Of a stretch of 64,000 nucleotides of DNA, positions 17,394 to 29,104 are shown in pieces. The notes under the pieces were generated by a model. The model was given only the letters and a program-made list of their open reading frames with translations, was not told the DNA's origin and did no database searches. Source of the stretch: Acidobacteriota bacterium (lineage in GTDB: Bacteria; Acidobacteriota; Thermoanaerobaculia; Multivoradales; UBA5704); contig JBDTZG010000008.1 in assembly GCA_040005235.1 (NCBI GenBank), positions 1 through 64,000 on the forward strand. The letters run 5' to 3'. The position numbers were made by a program, and so were the translations under genes. The number at the start of each line of letters is the position of its first letter. The first letter of the stretch is position 1.

Positions 17394-19907
17394 CTATTGG
17401 AAGTACCCCAACACGTCGATCACCAGGTGCGTGGAACCGGAGGAGAGGCCGCCGAACACGTCGAAGTTGCCGTTGCCCGCAAGGGTCACGACGGCGTTGT
17501 TCGTGCGCACCTGGCCGGCGGAGAAATTGATCGCCGAGATGTTGGCGATCGGGGTTCCGGCCGGTCCGATGCTCACGGTGCCGGCGTTCGTCGGGCCGAC
17601 CACGGTCAGATTCGTGGCGATCGCCTTGGCCCCGGCCGGTACTCCGCACTGCCCGGCGCCCGCGAAGGTCCGCGTGACGCTGGCCCCGAGCGTAGGTCCG
17701 CCGAACGGGCCGTTGGCGTTCCGCGTGTCGACCAGCCGGCAGGGGGTGACCGTGAAGTAGTTGAGCGGCGGGGGCGGCAGCGCGGTGAAATTGGCGGTAA
17801 AGGTGGTCACCGATGCCGGAGTCACGATCGTGTGCGACTGGGCGCCTCCGTCGGACCAGGAGGTGAAGCCATAGTTCGTCGCCCCGAGAATCTGCGGCGA
17901 AGGGGCGTCCACGTTCAGCGTCCAGGCCTGCCAGGAGAGGATCGTCGTGGGACCGGAGAGCGTCGTGCCGTTCACCGTCGTCGAAAGGCCGACGGGCGAG
18001 GTGGCAAACGTCGTCGCCACCCGGTTCGGCTGGAAATCGAGATGCGCGGTGCCGGTGAGGCCACCCGAGTCGGTGTACGAGGCGTCGATCTCGACGAAGC
18101 TCGTGTCGAGCGCCGGGACGTTTTCCGGAGCGGGGGCGACGAACTGGACGTTGCTTCCCGATACGGGTCCGAGCAACGGGTGGGTGTGTTCGTTATGGTG
18201 CAGGCGCACGGTCCAAACGACCGAGCCAAACGGGATCGGCCCCTCCTCCGCGTCGGTGGCGAAGCCGACTAACGTAATGGTTTGGCCGACGAAGAATCGG
18301 TCGTCCGAAGTGGGGGAGGCGATCGACACCATCGGCGGCGTGTTGCCGACCTGGATCGTGTGGGTGACGGACGGGGAAAACGCGAAGTTGTTGTCGCGCA
18401 CCCTCAAGGAAGCGACGTAGTTGCCGTTGGCCGCATAACTGTGAGACGTCGTCGCGGTGGTCGTCGAAGTCTCCGGCGTGCCGTCGCCGAAGGTCCAGAA
18501 GTAGGTGAGGGTATTGCCCGCGTCCGGATCGGACGAGGCTGAGCCGTCGAAATTCACCATCAGCGGCGCCGGACCGCCGAGCGGGGTCGCGGTAAAGCTC
18601 GCCGTCGGCGGATTGTTGCCGGCGGCGGAGTAGCGTACCCGCCGCACCTGACCGCCGCCCGAGAACGTCGTGTAGTAGAGCGCCTGAGTCGTCAGATACG
18701 GCCCGAATCGCAGCGCCACGGCCGAGGAGCCTCCGAGGTTGGTGGCGAAGTCGCTGGTGGTGGTAAACGGCCCGTTGGTGTTGGCCCCGGCGACGCGGAA
18801 GATCCAGCCGCAGACGTAGTCGGAGAACAGGTAGGAGTTGTCGTAGGTGGCCGGCCAGATGCCGTTCGGCACGAAAGCGCCGCCGGTGATCGAATTGCAG
18901 CTCGTTCCACTGGTCGAACCGGGCACCTGGACGCCATGGCTGTATTCGAAGATGGGAGGCACCATATTCGGCGGCGTCGGGTTGCACGTTCCGCCCGTGT
19001 TGTTGACCCGCGTGCCCTCTCGGCAGTTCCAGCCGAAATCGGCGCCGGCGGTACCCAGGTCGAACTCCTCGCGCACGTCCTGGCCGACGTCGTTGATGAA
19101 GAAGCGGGTCCCCGCGACGTTCGGATCGAACGCAATGCGGAACGGGTTGCGGTGCCCCCAGGAGTAAGTCTCCTGGCATTTGTTGCCCGCAGTGGTCCCG
19201 CCGGTGACGTTGCACCTCGCGGTGCCTGCGCCCTGGAACGGGTTGTCGACCGGGATGCCGCCGTCCTTGGTGATCCGCAGGACCTTGCCGGTCAATTCGA
19301 ACTCGTCGCGCGCCGCGTCGTTGGTACCCGCGCTGCCGCCGCCCGCGTAGTCGGCCCCGCCGTCCCCGATCGTGACGTAGAGGTAACCGTCCTTGCCGAA
19401 CTGGACGTCGCCCGCGTTGTGGTTTCCGGCGGTCGAAGGCATGTTGTCTATCAGAATCAACTCGGTCGCGAGGTCTACCGTGTTCGTATCGGCGAGCACG
19501 AACCGCGAGACGCGGTTCACGGACGAGCCGGCGCTCGTGCAGGCCAGCGCCGGCATCTTGTGGAAGCTGTAGAACAGGTAGATGAAATGGTTCTGCCCGG
19601 CACTCGACCCGAAATTCGGATCGACCGCCACGCCGAGCAGGCCGCGCTCGAAGTTCGAGCAGAGCTGGCTCGTAGGAAACGTCACCGCGGAGGTGTTCGT
19701 GGTTCCCTGGCGGACGATTAGCTCCCCCTGCTGGCGGGTGATCAAAAGCCGGCCGTCGGGGGTGAACACGATCGCGGTCGGGCTGGTGGCCGCCGTGACC
19801 AGCTCGTCGATGAACCCGGCGGGAAGGGCGGCGGACGACGGAAAGGAGAAACCAAGACCCACGGCCCCCAGCAGGGCGGCGAGCGCAAAAGGCGCTAATC
19901 GCTTCAT
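17394..19907 (-). CDS. Secreted glucose/sorbosone (PQQ-dependent) dehydrogenase-family beta-propeller with PKD domain and C-terminal 'PCRLVDTR' domain
   Basis: Signal peptide, ERGLLGVAVDPNF, NHNAG..FGKDGYLYVTIGDGG, GHRNPFR, PKD (FDGSASSDPD..YFWTFGDG); GGAGG RBS. Confidence 0.9.
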   Translation of the reverse strand: MKRLAPFALAALLGAVGLGFSFPSSAALPAGFIDELVTAATSPTAIVFTPDGRLLITRQQGELIVRQGTTNTSAVTFPTSQLCSNFERGLLGVAVDPNFGSSAGQNHFIYLFYSFHKMPALACTSAGSSVNRVSRFVLADTNTVDLATELILIDNMPSTAGNHNAGDVQFGKDGYLYVTIGDGGADYAGGGSAGTNDAARDEFELTGKVLRITKDGGIPVDNPFQGAGTARCNVTGGTTAGNKCQETYSWGHRNPFRIAFDPNVAGTRFFINDVGQDVREEFDLGTAGADFGWNCREGTRVNNTGGTCNPTPPNMVPPIFEYSHGVQVPGSTSGTSCNSITGGAFVPNGIWPATYDNSYLFSDYVCGWIFRVAGANTNGPFTTTSDFATNLGGSSAVALRFGPYLTTQALYYTTFSGGGQVRRVRYSAAGNNPPTASFTATPLGGPAPLMVNFDGSASSDPDAGNTLTYFWTFGDGTPETSTTTATTSHSYAANGNYVASLRVRDNNFAFSPSVTHTIQVGNTPPMVSIASPTSDDRFFVGQTITLVGFATDAEEGPIPFGSVVWTVRLHHNEHTHPLLGPVSGSNVQFVAPAPENVPALDTSFVEIDASYTDSGGLTGTAHLDFQPNRVATTFATSPVGLSTTVNGTTLSGPTTILSWQAWTLNVDAPSPQILGATNYGFTSWSDGGAQSHTIVTPASVTTFTANFTALPPPPLNYFTVTPCRLVDTRNANGPFGGPTLGASVTRTFAGAGQCGVPAGAKAIATNLTVVGPTNAGTVSIGPAGTPIANISAINFSAGQVRTNNAVVTLAGNGNFDVFGGLSSGSTHLVIDVLGYFQ

Positions 19908-20020
19908 GTGACCCTCCGACATAGCAAGTCGTGCATATCCGAACCGAGGGTAACAGACTGCGGCGCCGGACGGGAGGGTATACTTCCTCGGCAAGCGGGG
20001 CAGCCCCCGAGGAGACCGGA

Positions 20021-21796
<1,776 letters not shown>

Positions 21797-21887
21797 TCCC
21801 TGACCTCTGGATCGACCGACTCCGTTGGATCGGCTCGGTTCGGTACGGCGTTTGCACTAAGAATAGGAAAAGGGGAGGACACCACGG

Positions 21888-22391
21888 ATGATTGGATCGG
21901 CCGCCATTGCGAGACAGATGTTGATCTACATGCTCTGGGCGGACCGGGTGATTTTTCGCGCGTTGCGCGAGGTGACGCCGGAAGATCTTCTGCGCGACAC
22001 GGGTTCGAGCTTCCCCGGGCTGCTCCAGACCGTCGCCCACATCGCGGGGGCTGAGAAGATCTGGCTCCATCGATTTCTGGGCACTGCGCTCGAACCGTTC
22101 CCGACCGAAAACGACTTCACCGAGCTGATCCCCCTGCTCATCTCCTGGGAGGAGACGGCGGCGGGCATCGAAGCATTTCTTGCCGGACTGACCGACGACC
22201 AGCTCGAAGCGATCCTCGCCTGGTCCAACTCCCGGGGCGAGACCTTCAACCGCCCGCTCTGGCAGCCGGTCTTCCACCTCGCCAACCATGCGACTTACCA
22301 CCGCGGACAAATCGTCACCATGCTCCGCCAGATGGGCTACGCCGCGCCGGGGACGGACCTGATCTACTTCTTGCAGGAGCCGATGGGGTAA
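21888..22391 (+). CDS. DinB family protein
   Basis: Y..WAD, HIAGAE..W, HLANHATYHRGQ...LRQMG..P.TD. Confidence 0.92.
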   Translation: MIGSAAIARQMLIYMLWADRVIFRALREVTPEDLLRDTGSSFPGLLQTVAHIAGAEKIWLHRFLGTALEPFPTENDFTELIPLLISWEETAAGIEAFLAGLTDDQLEAILAWSNSRGETFNRPLWQPVFHLANHATYHRGQIVTMLRQMGYAAPGTDLIYFLQEPMG

Positions 22392-22460
22392 GGGTTCGAG
22401 GCAGTCGAAAGCAGGACCGACAGAAGCGCCGGCCGAAGCCGGCGCCCTGGCTCGAAGAAC

Positions 22461-23081
22461 CTACGGCACCTTCGCCGCCCGGGCCGCGAGGCTGAGCGTT
22501 CCCGCGGTCGGGGAATAGCTGATCGTCGTCTGGATCGCCACCGGCAGCTGGGTGGAGGCCAGGCCGAAGAAGTACGAGCTGTTGCCATGCCCCGGGGACG
22601 AACCGGAGCAGACGGGGGTGGCGAAGTTGAAGGTGATCGCGTTACCGGTCTTGTCGACCGATGAGGGGCCTACCGTGCCGAGGCCGCCTGAGGTGGCGAC
22701 GAAAACCTGATCCGGCTGGCCGTCGCCGTTGTAATCGAGAGCGGTGACCGGGCCGAACGTCACTTTGAGTCTGTTCACGCACGGGGACGCCGTCAGGCCC
22801 ACCAAGTTCCGCAGGTCGAGACGGTAGAGGTACGCCGTTTTCCCCGCGCCGATCGTTCCCGCCTGGCCTGGGGGCCAGGTCCGTGACTGCAGGAAGGCAC
22901 TGCCCGAAGTCCCGGGAAGGGTGAAGTTGGCCGAGGTGTCGTTCACCGTGATCTTGCAGTCGGTATCGAACTTGCAGTTGATCGCCGGAAAGCCCACCGT
23001 GACAACGGTCAAAGGAGCCGCCGGCCCGCAAGCCGCGAAAGCGAAAAGACAAAGAGTGAAACACAACGAAATTCCGCGCAT
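22461..23081 (-). CDS. Secreted or lipoprotein hypothetical protein (beta-rich)
   Basis: GGAGG RBS, signal peptide with FAAC lipobox-like end, DYNGDG motif. Confidence 0.75.
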   Translation of the reverse strand: MRGISLCFTLCLFAFAACGPAAPLTVVTVGFPAINCKFDTDCKITVNDTSANFTLPGTSGSAFLQSRTWPPGQAGTIGAGKTAYLYRLDLRNLVGLTASPCVNRLKVTFGPVTALDYNGDGQPDQVFVATSGGLGTVGPSSVDKTGNAITFNFATPVCSGSSPGHGNSSYFFGLASTQLPVAIQTTISYSPTAGTLSLAARAAKVP

Positions 23082-23318
23082 CGGTAAATCCTCCTGTTAC
23101 CCATGGGCGGGGAAAACGGGCGGAACGTTACTTCGTGATTTCGTGGAACGGTCGGCCCTATCAGCAAGACCTTGACGGACGCTTCCAAGGCGAATAGATT
23201 TCTCCCAAGTCTCTGATAATCATAGATTTGCGCCGATGCTTGGAGGCTTCTTCCTCGACCCGTCGCGGGCGGGGGTGTGCTTTCGGATCGGGGCGGCAAG
23301 ACCCCGGGGGAACCTTGG

Positions 23319-23951
23319 ATGAACGGTGAAGCGACCCTTTGCGGACAGGCGGCTCGAACCAAGACGCGATTGGCTGTGAGCCGCCTGTTCGGGCTCGCGG
23401 TTTTCGCCCTGCTGATCGGTGGCTCCACCTATTGGAACACCCCCGAAAATCACATGTTCGGCTCGGTTCTGTTCTTTTTGGGGGTGATGCTCGCCTGCCT
23501 CGGCTTCTTCGGCCGGGTCTGGTGCCTGTCGTTCATCAAGGGGCGGAAGAAAAGGGTGCTGATCCAGGAAGGCCCCTATTCACTCTGCCGGCACCCGCTC
23601 TACCTTTTCAGTTTGATCGGCGGCGTAGGGGTAGGGCTCTGCACGCGGACGCTCACCATCCCGCTGATCTTCCTCGCCGCGTTCGCCCTCTACTATCCGA
23701 TCGTCATCCGTAGGGAAGAGGAGTTCCTCCGCGACAATTTCGCCGGTTACGAGGCGTATCGGCAGGAGAGCAACGCCCTCTTTCCGCGCTGGTCGAAGTT
23801 CGTGGAGGGGGAGACCGTGACCATGTGCTCGCGGTCGTTCCGCAAAGAGCTTACCGAGGCCGCCGGTTCCGTAGCGTTCATCGGATTGATCGGCCTGGTG
23901 CAGGGGCTCCAGCGCGCGGCGATCCTGCCGACGTTTTTCTTGCTGCCCTAA
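23319..23951 (+). CDS. Isoprenylcysteine carboxyl methyltransferase/PEMT family membrane protein
   Basis: LIQEGPYSLCRHPLY, EEEFL...F..YEAY, FPR motifs. Confidence 0.88.
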   Translation: MNGEATLCGQAARTKTRLAVSRLFGLAVFALLIGGSTYWNTPENHMFGSVLFFLGVMLACLGFFGRVWCLSFIKGRKKRVLIQEGPYSLCRHPLYLFSLIGGVGVGLCTRTLTIPLIFLAAFALYYPIVIRREEEFLRDNFAGYEAYRQESNALFPRWSKFVEGETVTMCSRSFRKELTEAAGSVAFIGLIGLVQGLQRAAILPTFFLLP

Positions 23952-25219
23952 AGCCGCTGGGTAGATTCGGGGGAGATCGTCTCGGCGATCCGCCCGGCAA
24001 CGCCTGCCGCCCCTTCGGCGAGCGGTAGGACCGCGCCTCCCAAGCCGGCCGCCCGCTCGGCTTGCGCGCCGAGGTCGAAAGTCAGGAACGGCACCCGAGC
24101 GAGGGCGCATTCGTCGAGCGTCAGACCGTACGACTCAGGAACGATCGAGAGCAACAGAGCCAGGTCGATCCGGTGGCGGGCGAGCTGGGCGGGAAGCGTT
24201 CCGGCACGGTAATACCCGTGGACTTCAACACCCGCGGCGCGAAGCTTCTTCTGCAGCTCGGCCTCGCCGCCACCAAATGCGTGCCATTCGATCTCCGGAT
24301 GGCGGGGGACGAGATCCACCACGATCTCGGCGAACAGGTCCGCCCCCTTGAACGCTTTGGCGGCGCCGACGAACGCGATCCGGCGCGGCGGCTTTTGAGG
24401 ACGGTAGCCCGGAATCGGCCGGGCGAGCAGCGGTGGGGCCTCGATCCGGCAGCGCACGGCGTCGAGGGTGGAAAAAAGCTCCAGATGGGAATGGAGGAGG
24501 AACGAGGACGGGAAGACCGCGTGTTCGCAGCCGCGCAGCAGACGGGACGCGAGAGTCCGGCGCAGTGCCTGGTAGTCCGGCGCCACCGGCCAGCTCTGGG
24601 TGAGGCAAATGGTGCAGCGAAGGAGATCGCGCGACCACCGGCAGAATCCACCGTCCGGCTCTTCGACCAGATGGGGGCGCGGGCAGAACAGGGCGAAGTC
24701 GTGAATCGCGAGGGTAAGAGGCAGGACCGCCGACAGCTCGAGAAGGCCGGTGAGCGGCAGGCCCGCCGCTCCTTCGATTCGTAAGCTCTCGGCGCCGCAC
24801 CGGGCGAAGGCGTCGCGGATCGCGCGCACCCAGGGCCCCGGTTCCGGTTCGGCGGGAGCCTCGATCGGGCCGACCGGCGCGGGGGCAAGATCGAGCGCCG
24901 CGCGGTCCCCGCCGTGCTCCAGCTCCAGCCGATATCGGCCGGCCCAGGGATAGAACAGCGCGAACGGCCGGCCGGCAGCCCGCTCTCGGGCGCGGCGGGC
25001 GACGAGCTGTGCCTGGACCCCGCCGAGCCGCGGCGACGGAGGAGTCGCGAGGACATAGAGAGTAGGGATCGCCGCTTCGCGCGGCCACTCTTGCCTGGAG
25101 GTGAAGGAGTTTCGATCGGCTTGTTCGATCAGGCGGTCGACCGCGCGCCGCGCCAGGGCCGCCGGCCCTTCAGCGGTCAGGAGATCGAACGCGAGGCGCG
25201 CGGAACGGAGCGGATTCAA
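23948..25219 (-). CDS. GT4 family glycosyltransferase
   Basis: IHDFALFCPR, FVGAAKAFKG, ESYGLTLDEC. Confidence 0.85.
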   Translation of the reverse strand: MNPLRSARLAFDLLTAEGPAALARRAVDRLIEQADRNSFTSRQEWPREAAIPTLYVLATPPSPRLGGVQAQLVARRARERAAGRPFALFYPWAGRYRLELEHGGDRAALDLAPAPVGPIEAPAEPEPGPWVRAIRDAFARCGAESLRIEGAAGLPLTGLLELSAVLPLTLAIHDFALFCPRPHLVEEPDGGFCRWSRDLLRCTICLTQSWPVAPDYQALRRTLASRLLRGCEHAVFPSSFLLHSHLELFSTLDAVRCRIEAPPLLARPIPGYRPQKPPRRIAFVGAAKAFKGADLFAEIVVDLVPRHPEIEWHAFGGGEAELQKKLRAAGVEVHGYYRAGTLPAQLARHRIDLALLLSIVPESYGLTLDECALARVPFLTFDLGAQAERAAGLGGAVLPLAEGAAGVAGRIAETISPESTQRL

Positions 25220-27540
25220 TCGGTACCTTTCCTAGCGAGGATGCGTTCGTAGATCGCCTCGATCGCCTCGGAGTGCTCGTCCATGCCGGTGACTTCCGGA
25301 AGACGTGCCCGCCAGCCGTCGAGGATCTCCGGCTCGGCGAGCAGCCGCTCGATCCAGCCGCGCAGCTCCTTGGGATGATCGGGGTCGAAGAACGCGCCGC
25401 AATCGAGCGCTTCGAGCGGCAGCTCGGCGAGGGCGCCGCGGCGGGCGGCGAGCACGGGAGTACCGGCCGCCATCGCTTCGCGGGCCGCGAGGCCGAACGA
25501 TTCAAGGCCGACCGATGGGACGATCACCGCGTCAAGCCCGCTCAGCACGGCGGCCTTGTCCTCTTCGGCGAAGCGCCCGCGCCATTCGAAGGGGGCAAGG
25601 GCGGCGCCGCCGATCCGCCGGACCTCCTCCGCGTAGGGGGGGGCTGCCGCCGGATCGCCATGGATTTCAAGGCGCACCCGATCCGGATCGAGGCCCGCGA
25701 AGGCTTGTGCCGCCACGTGCAATCCCTTGTGCGGCAGGATCGATCCGAGGAAGCCGAAGCGGAGCGGGAATCGATCGGCGCGAACGGCGCGGGCGGGATC
25801 GCGCTCCGGATCGAGTTCCGGACGGGGCGCGTCGGCGAGCGCCACGCCATAGGGGACCACTTCGATCGGCAGATCCGGCTCGCCGAGCAGCGCGCGCAGG
25901 CTGTCGGCGAGGAATTGCGACCCCGCAACCCGGACATCGGCCGTGCGCAGTGCGCCGCGCAGCAGCCGGCCGCGTTCGGCATAGAGCAGCGGGTTCAACA
26001 GCGCGGCGCCGGGCAGGCGGGTGAGCGGCAGACAGCGGGAGCATTTGCCAAGCCCCGGGCCAGAGCAGGCGTGGCGGTTCCGATCGAGCAGGTTTGCTCG
26101 GGAGCAGACCGTCCACCAGTCCTGCACCTGGTAGAGCACGGGAATGCCCCGCCGCCGCGCTTCGCGCGGCAGCGTCGCCGCATGGCCGGCGAGATGGTGG
26201 ACGTGCAGCAGATCAGGGCGCTCCTCATCGAGAAAACGCGCGAAGTCTCGGTCAAGAGTGTCGTCGGAGAGCGCGTTTCTCGATCGCGGATCGCGCTGGA
26301 CGAAGTTGTTGACCATCAGGCGCACGCGGGCGCCGGCATCGAGCAGCTCGATCGCGTCGCCCAGGCTTCGTGCCGGGTCGGCGATCCGCGCGTAGACCGA
26401 GACCGCCCGGTGCGCCGTTTGGCGGCGGACGAGCCAGGCGGCATACATCTCGGTGCCCGCAACGCTCCAGGGCGGCCAGCCGTGAACTAGGTGGACGATC
26501 CGCTCCGGCGGGCGCTTGCCGATCGATGAGCGCTTGAGGGTCCGATCCGGCACGAGGCCGGCGAGCGCGCGTTCGCGGATCGGGGCGATCGGGTCTTCGC
26601 GGACGAAGCGGGCGATCGTCGCCAGATAGTCGGGGTGGAGCTTCGCGAGCGCCCGGTGGGCGCCTCTCACTCTGGCGACGCGCGTGGTGCCGAAGCTCTG
26701 GTGCCCCTCGTGATAGACGAAGGTCGCGTCGTCCAGCACGTGGCGCCAGCCGGCTTTGAGCGCCCGCTGGCACCACTCGCTCTCCTCGCCGTAGCCGAGT
26801 CCGAACGCTCGCTCATCGAACAGCCCCAGCTCGGAAAGCGCGCGGCGCTTCAAGAAAAGACAGACGCCCACGCCCGTGGGCAGGCGAGGATAGACCCGCG
26901 CCGAGCGCTCTTCGATCCGCCGGGCGAAGCTCTCGAGCGTCTCGCCGGCCGGCAGGGCGTTCGCCGCGAGGAAGCGGGGGAGCGAGCAGATCGTCGCGGT
27001 GTTCGAGAAGGGAGTAACGGTCGCGATCTCGGGAGAGGAATAGGCGGCGGCGCGGAGCTTGTCGAGCCAACCGGCGGTGACGATCGCGTCGCTGTTGAGC
27101 AAGACTACGTCGCGCTCCGGCCCCCGCGCCATGCCCCAAGTCATGCCCCATTTCATGCCGAGATTCACGCTCGCGACGAAGCCGCGGCGTTCGGGGTTGC
27201 GGAGAATCTCGACCCCCGAGATCTGCTCTTCGAGCAACCCCTCGGTCGCCGCGGGCTGCGGGCCATCGAGGACCAGCAGGGCGCGATGGCGAGAGAGGTC
27301 GGTGTGCGCGAGCAGCGCGGCCCAGCAGCGCGCGAACGCCTCGGGCGCCTGGTAGACCGGGATCACGATGTCGATCCGTTCCGGCGCTCCGCGGTCGTCG
27401 TGCGGGCGATCAGAGGGAGCCGCCCAATCGAGCGCCACGCGACCGCTCCCGGCGCGTAGCCAGGTCCGGAGCCGGGAGGGGAGAAAGTCTCGGATCACGA
27501 GGTCTTTAAGGGGTGATGCAAATTTTGGCAAACTTATCAC
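25216..27540 (-). CDS. Bifunctional GT2 + GT4 glycosyltransferase
   Basis: IDIVIPVY, LLNSD, GLFDE..FG.GYGEE (GT2); HLVHGWPP, FLGSILPHKG, ESFGLAAREA (GT4). Confidence 0.9.
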   Translation of the reverse strand: MISLPKFASPLKDLVIRDFLPSRLRTWLRAGSGRVALDWAAPSDRPHDDRGAPERIDIVIPVYQAPEAFARCWAALLAHTDLSRHRALLVLDGPQPAATEGLLEEQISGVEILRNPERRGFVASVNLGMKWGMTWGMARGPERDVVLLNSDAIVTAGWLDKLRAAAYSSPEIATVTPFSNTATICSLPRFLAANALPAGETLESFARRIEERSARVYPRLPTGVGVCLFLKRRALSELGLFDERAFGLGYGEESEWCQRALKAGWRHVLDDATFVYHEGHQSFGTTRVARVRGAHRALAKLHPDYLATIARFVREDPIAPIRERALAGLVPDRTLKRSSIGKRPPERIVHLVHGWPPWSVAGTEMYAAWLVRRQTAHRAVSVYARIADPARSLGDAIELLDAGARVRLMVNNFVQRDPRSRNALSDDTLDRDFARFLDEERPDLLHVHHLAGHAATLPREARRRGIPVLYQVQDWWTVCSRANLLDRNRHACSGPGLGKCSRCLPLTRLPGAALLNPLLYAERGRLLRGALRTADVRVAGSQFLADSLRALLGEPDLPIEVVPYGVALADAPRPELDPERDPARAVRADRFPLRFGFLGSILPHKGLHVAAQAFAGLDPDRVRLEIHGDPAAAPPYAEEVRRIGGAALAPFEWRGRFAEEDKAAVLSGLDAVIVPSVGLESFGLAAREAMAAGTPVLAARRGALAELPLEALDCGAFFDPDHPKELRGWIERLLAEPEILDGWRARLPEVTGMDEHSEAIEAIYERILARKGTD

Positions 27541-27598
27541 GGCGTCGTCTGGCGCATCGTTTGGCTCAGGTGGCCGGTTCCGCTACTCTTCCCCGGCC

Positions 27599-28537
27599 AT
27601 GACGAACGAGTCGCCTAAGACGGTTTGTATCACCGGCGGAGCCGGGTTTATCGGGTCGCACGTAGCGGACGGGTTTCTCGCCGCGGGCGACCGGGTGCTG
27701 ATCCTCGACGACCTGTCGGGCGGCAAGCGCGAGAACGTACCCGAGGGCGCAGAGCTGCACGTCTTGGACATCCGTTCGGCCGAGGCGGCGCGGCTGGTGG
27801 CGGAGGGTAAAGTCGATCTGCTCATCCACCACGCGGCGCAGATGGACGTTCGCCGCTCGGTCGAAAATCCGATCTTCGATGCCGACGTGAACATCCTCGG
27901 CACCTTGAACCTGCTCGAAGCCTGCCGGCGGGGAGGCGTGCGCCAGGTGCTGTTCGCTTCGACCGGCGGCGCGATCTACGGCGAGCAGGATGCCTTTCCC
28001 GCGACCGAAGAGCACCCGACACGGCCGGTCTCCCCCTATGGGGTGAGCAAGCTCGCGGTCGAACGCTATCTCTATTTCTTCCACGTCGCCTACGGCTTCG
28101 ACGTCGCCTGCTTGCGCTACGCCAACGTCTACGGCGAACGGCAGAATCCGCACGGCGAGGCGGGGGTGGTGGCGATCTTCCTCGAACGACTGCTCGCCGG
28201 AGGCAAGGCGACGATCAACGGCTCCGGCCGCCAGACCCGCGATTACGTCCACGTGTCGGACATCGTCCGCGCGAACCTTGCGGCGGCGGGCCGGCCGGGC
28301 TTCTTCACCTTGAACGTCGGTACGGGAAAAGAGACCGACGTGGTCGAGCTCTATGGCCACATCGTCGCGGCCTTGGGGCTCGATCGCCCGGCGGAGCACG
28401 GACCTGGCAAGGCGGGCGAGCAGCTCCGCTCGGTGATCGACGGCTCCCGCGCACGCGTCGAGCTGAAGCTGCCCGCGCCTCTGCCGCTCGACCAAGGGCT
28501 CGCGCGGACGGCGGCCTGGTTCCAGGCGCGGGTTTGA
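27599..28537 (+). CDS. NAD-dependent epimerase (UDP-glucose 4-epimerase-like)
   Basis: ITGGAGFIGSH, ASTGGAIYG, PYGVSK, LRYANVYG, TRDYVHV. Confidence 0.93.
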   Translation: MTNESPKTVCITGGAGFIGSHVADGFLAAGDRVLILDDLSGGKRENVPEGAELHVLDIRSAEAARLVAEGKVDLLIHHAAQMDVRRSVENPIFDADVNILGTLNLLEACRRGGVRQVLFASTGGAIYGEQDAFPATEEHPTRPVSPYGVSKLAVERYLYFFHVAYGFDVACLRYANVYGERQNPHGEAGVVAIFLERLLAGGKATINGSGRQTRDYVHVSDIVRANLAAAGRPGFFTLNVGTGKETDVVELYGHIVAALGLDRPAEHGPGKAGEQLRSVIDGSRARVELKLPAPLPLDQGLARTAAWFQARV

Positions 28538-28540
28538 TGC

Positions 28541-28846
28541 CTACGGCACGACCGCTTCGACCTTGAGCAGGTGCGCCCACTTGGCGCGCAGGTTGTCGGG
28601 CAGATCGAGCATCGGCAGCAGCTCGCGAACTTCGTCGCGCCCGATCCATTTCCAGATGTCTTCCCACTGCGCGTAGCGGAGCAGGTGCGAGACCACCACG
28701 GCCCGTTCGGCGAGAGTGCCGACGAACAGGGCCCGCGCCTCGGCGAGGGTCACCGGCTTTTCGGGAAAGAAGTACAGCGGATCGGTAGACTCGATCTGGG
28801 GAACCTGAGGAAAACTTCCCGTGCGCGCTCGTCCGGTACCGGTCAT
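28541..28846 (-). CDS. Small hypothetical protein
   Basis: 101 aa globular-looking ORF (LLRYAQWEDIWKWI); TATACT hexamer 9 nt upstream of ATG. Confidence 0.7.
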   Translation of the reverse strand: MTGTGRARTGSFPQVPQIESTDPLYFFPEKPVTLAEARALFVGTLAERAVVVSHLLRYAQWEDIWKWIGRDEVRELLPMLDLPDNLRAKWAHLLKVEAVVP

Positions 28847-28944
28847 CGCGCGGTCAGTATAGTCACGATGGTGCGGCGTGCAAGGTGCTTTGTGGTGGGA
28901 AATCGCTCCGCCGGGGGCGGAAGAGGTTCCCGTCGGGTTGGGCC

Positions 28945-28974
28945 TTGACCCCAAGTGCGCGCGTCGTCTACATT
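28945..28974 (+). promoter_or_regulatory. Sigma70-type promoter of tRNA-Gly
   Basis: TTGACC-N18-TACATT ending 24 nt upstream of the tRNA. Confidence 0.7.
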
Positions 28975-28998
28975 TTCGACCGTTCGAGATCAGCTCGA

Positions 28999-29074
28999 GC
29001 GGGCATAACTCAGTTGGTAGAGTGCAAGCTTCCCAAGCTTGATGTCGCGGGTTCGAGTCCCGTTGCCCGCTCCA
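28999..29074 (+). tRNA. tRNA-Gly (anticodon CCC)
   Basis: GCGGGCA/TGCCCGC acceptor stem, D arm, CAAGC-TTCCCAA-GCTTG anticodon arm, GTTCGAG T loop, encoded CCA. Confidence 0.97.
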
Positions 29075-29104
29075 TTTCTCTCCCTCCGCGGGGACTCATC
29101 CGCC

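Noticed and set aside
27120-27160. Short 12-bp repeat encoding GMKW-GMTW-GMAR in the GT2 domain
   Set aside because: In-frame local duplication of about three units with no evident functional consequence.
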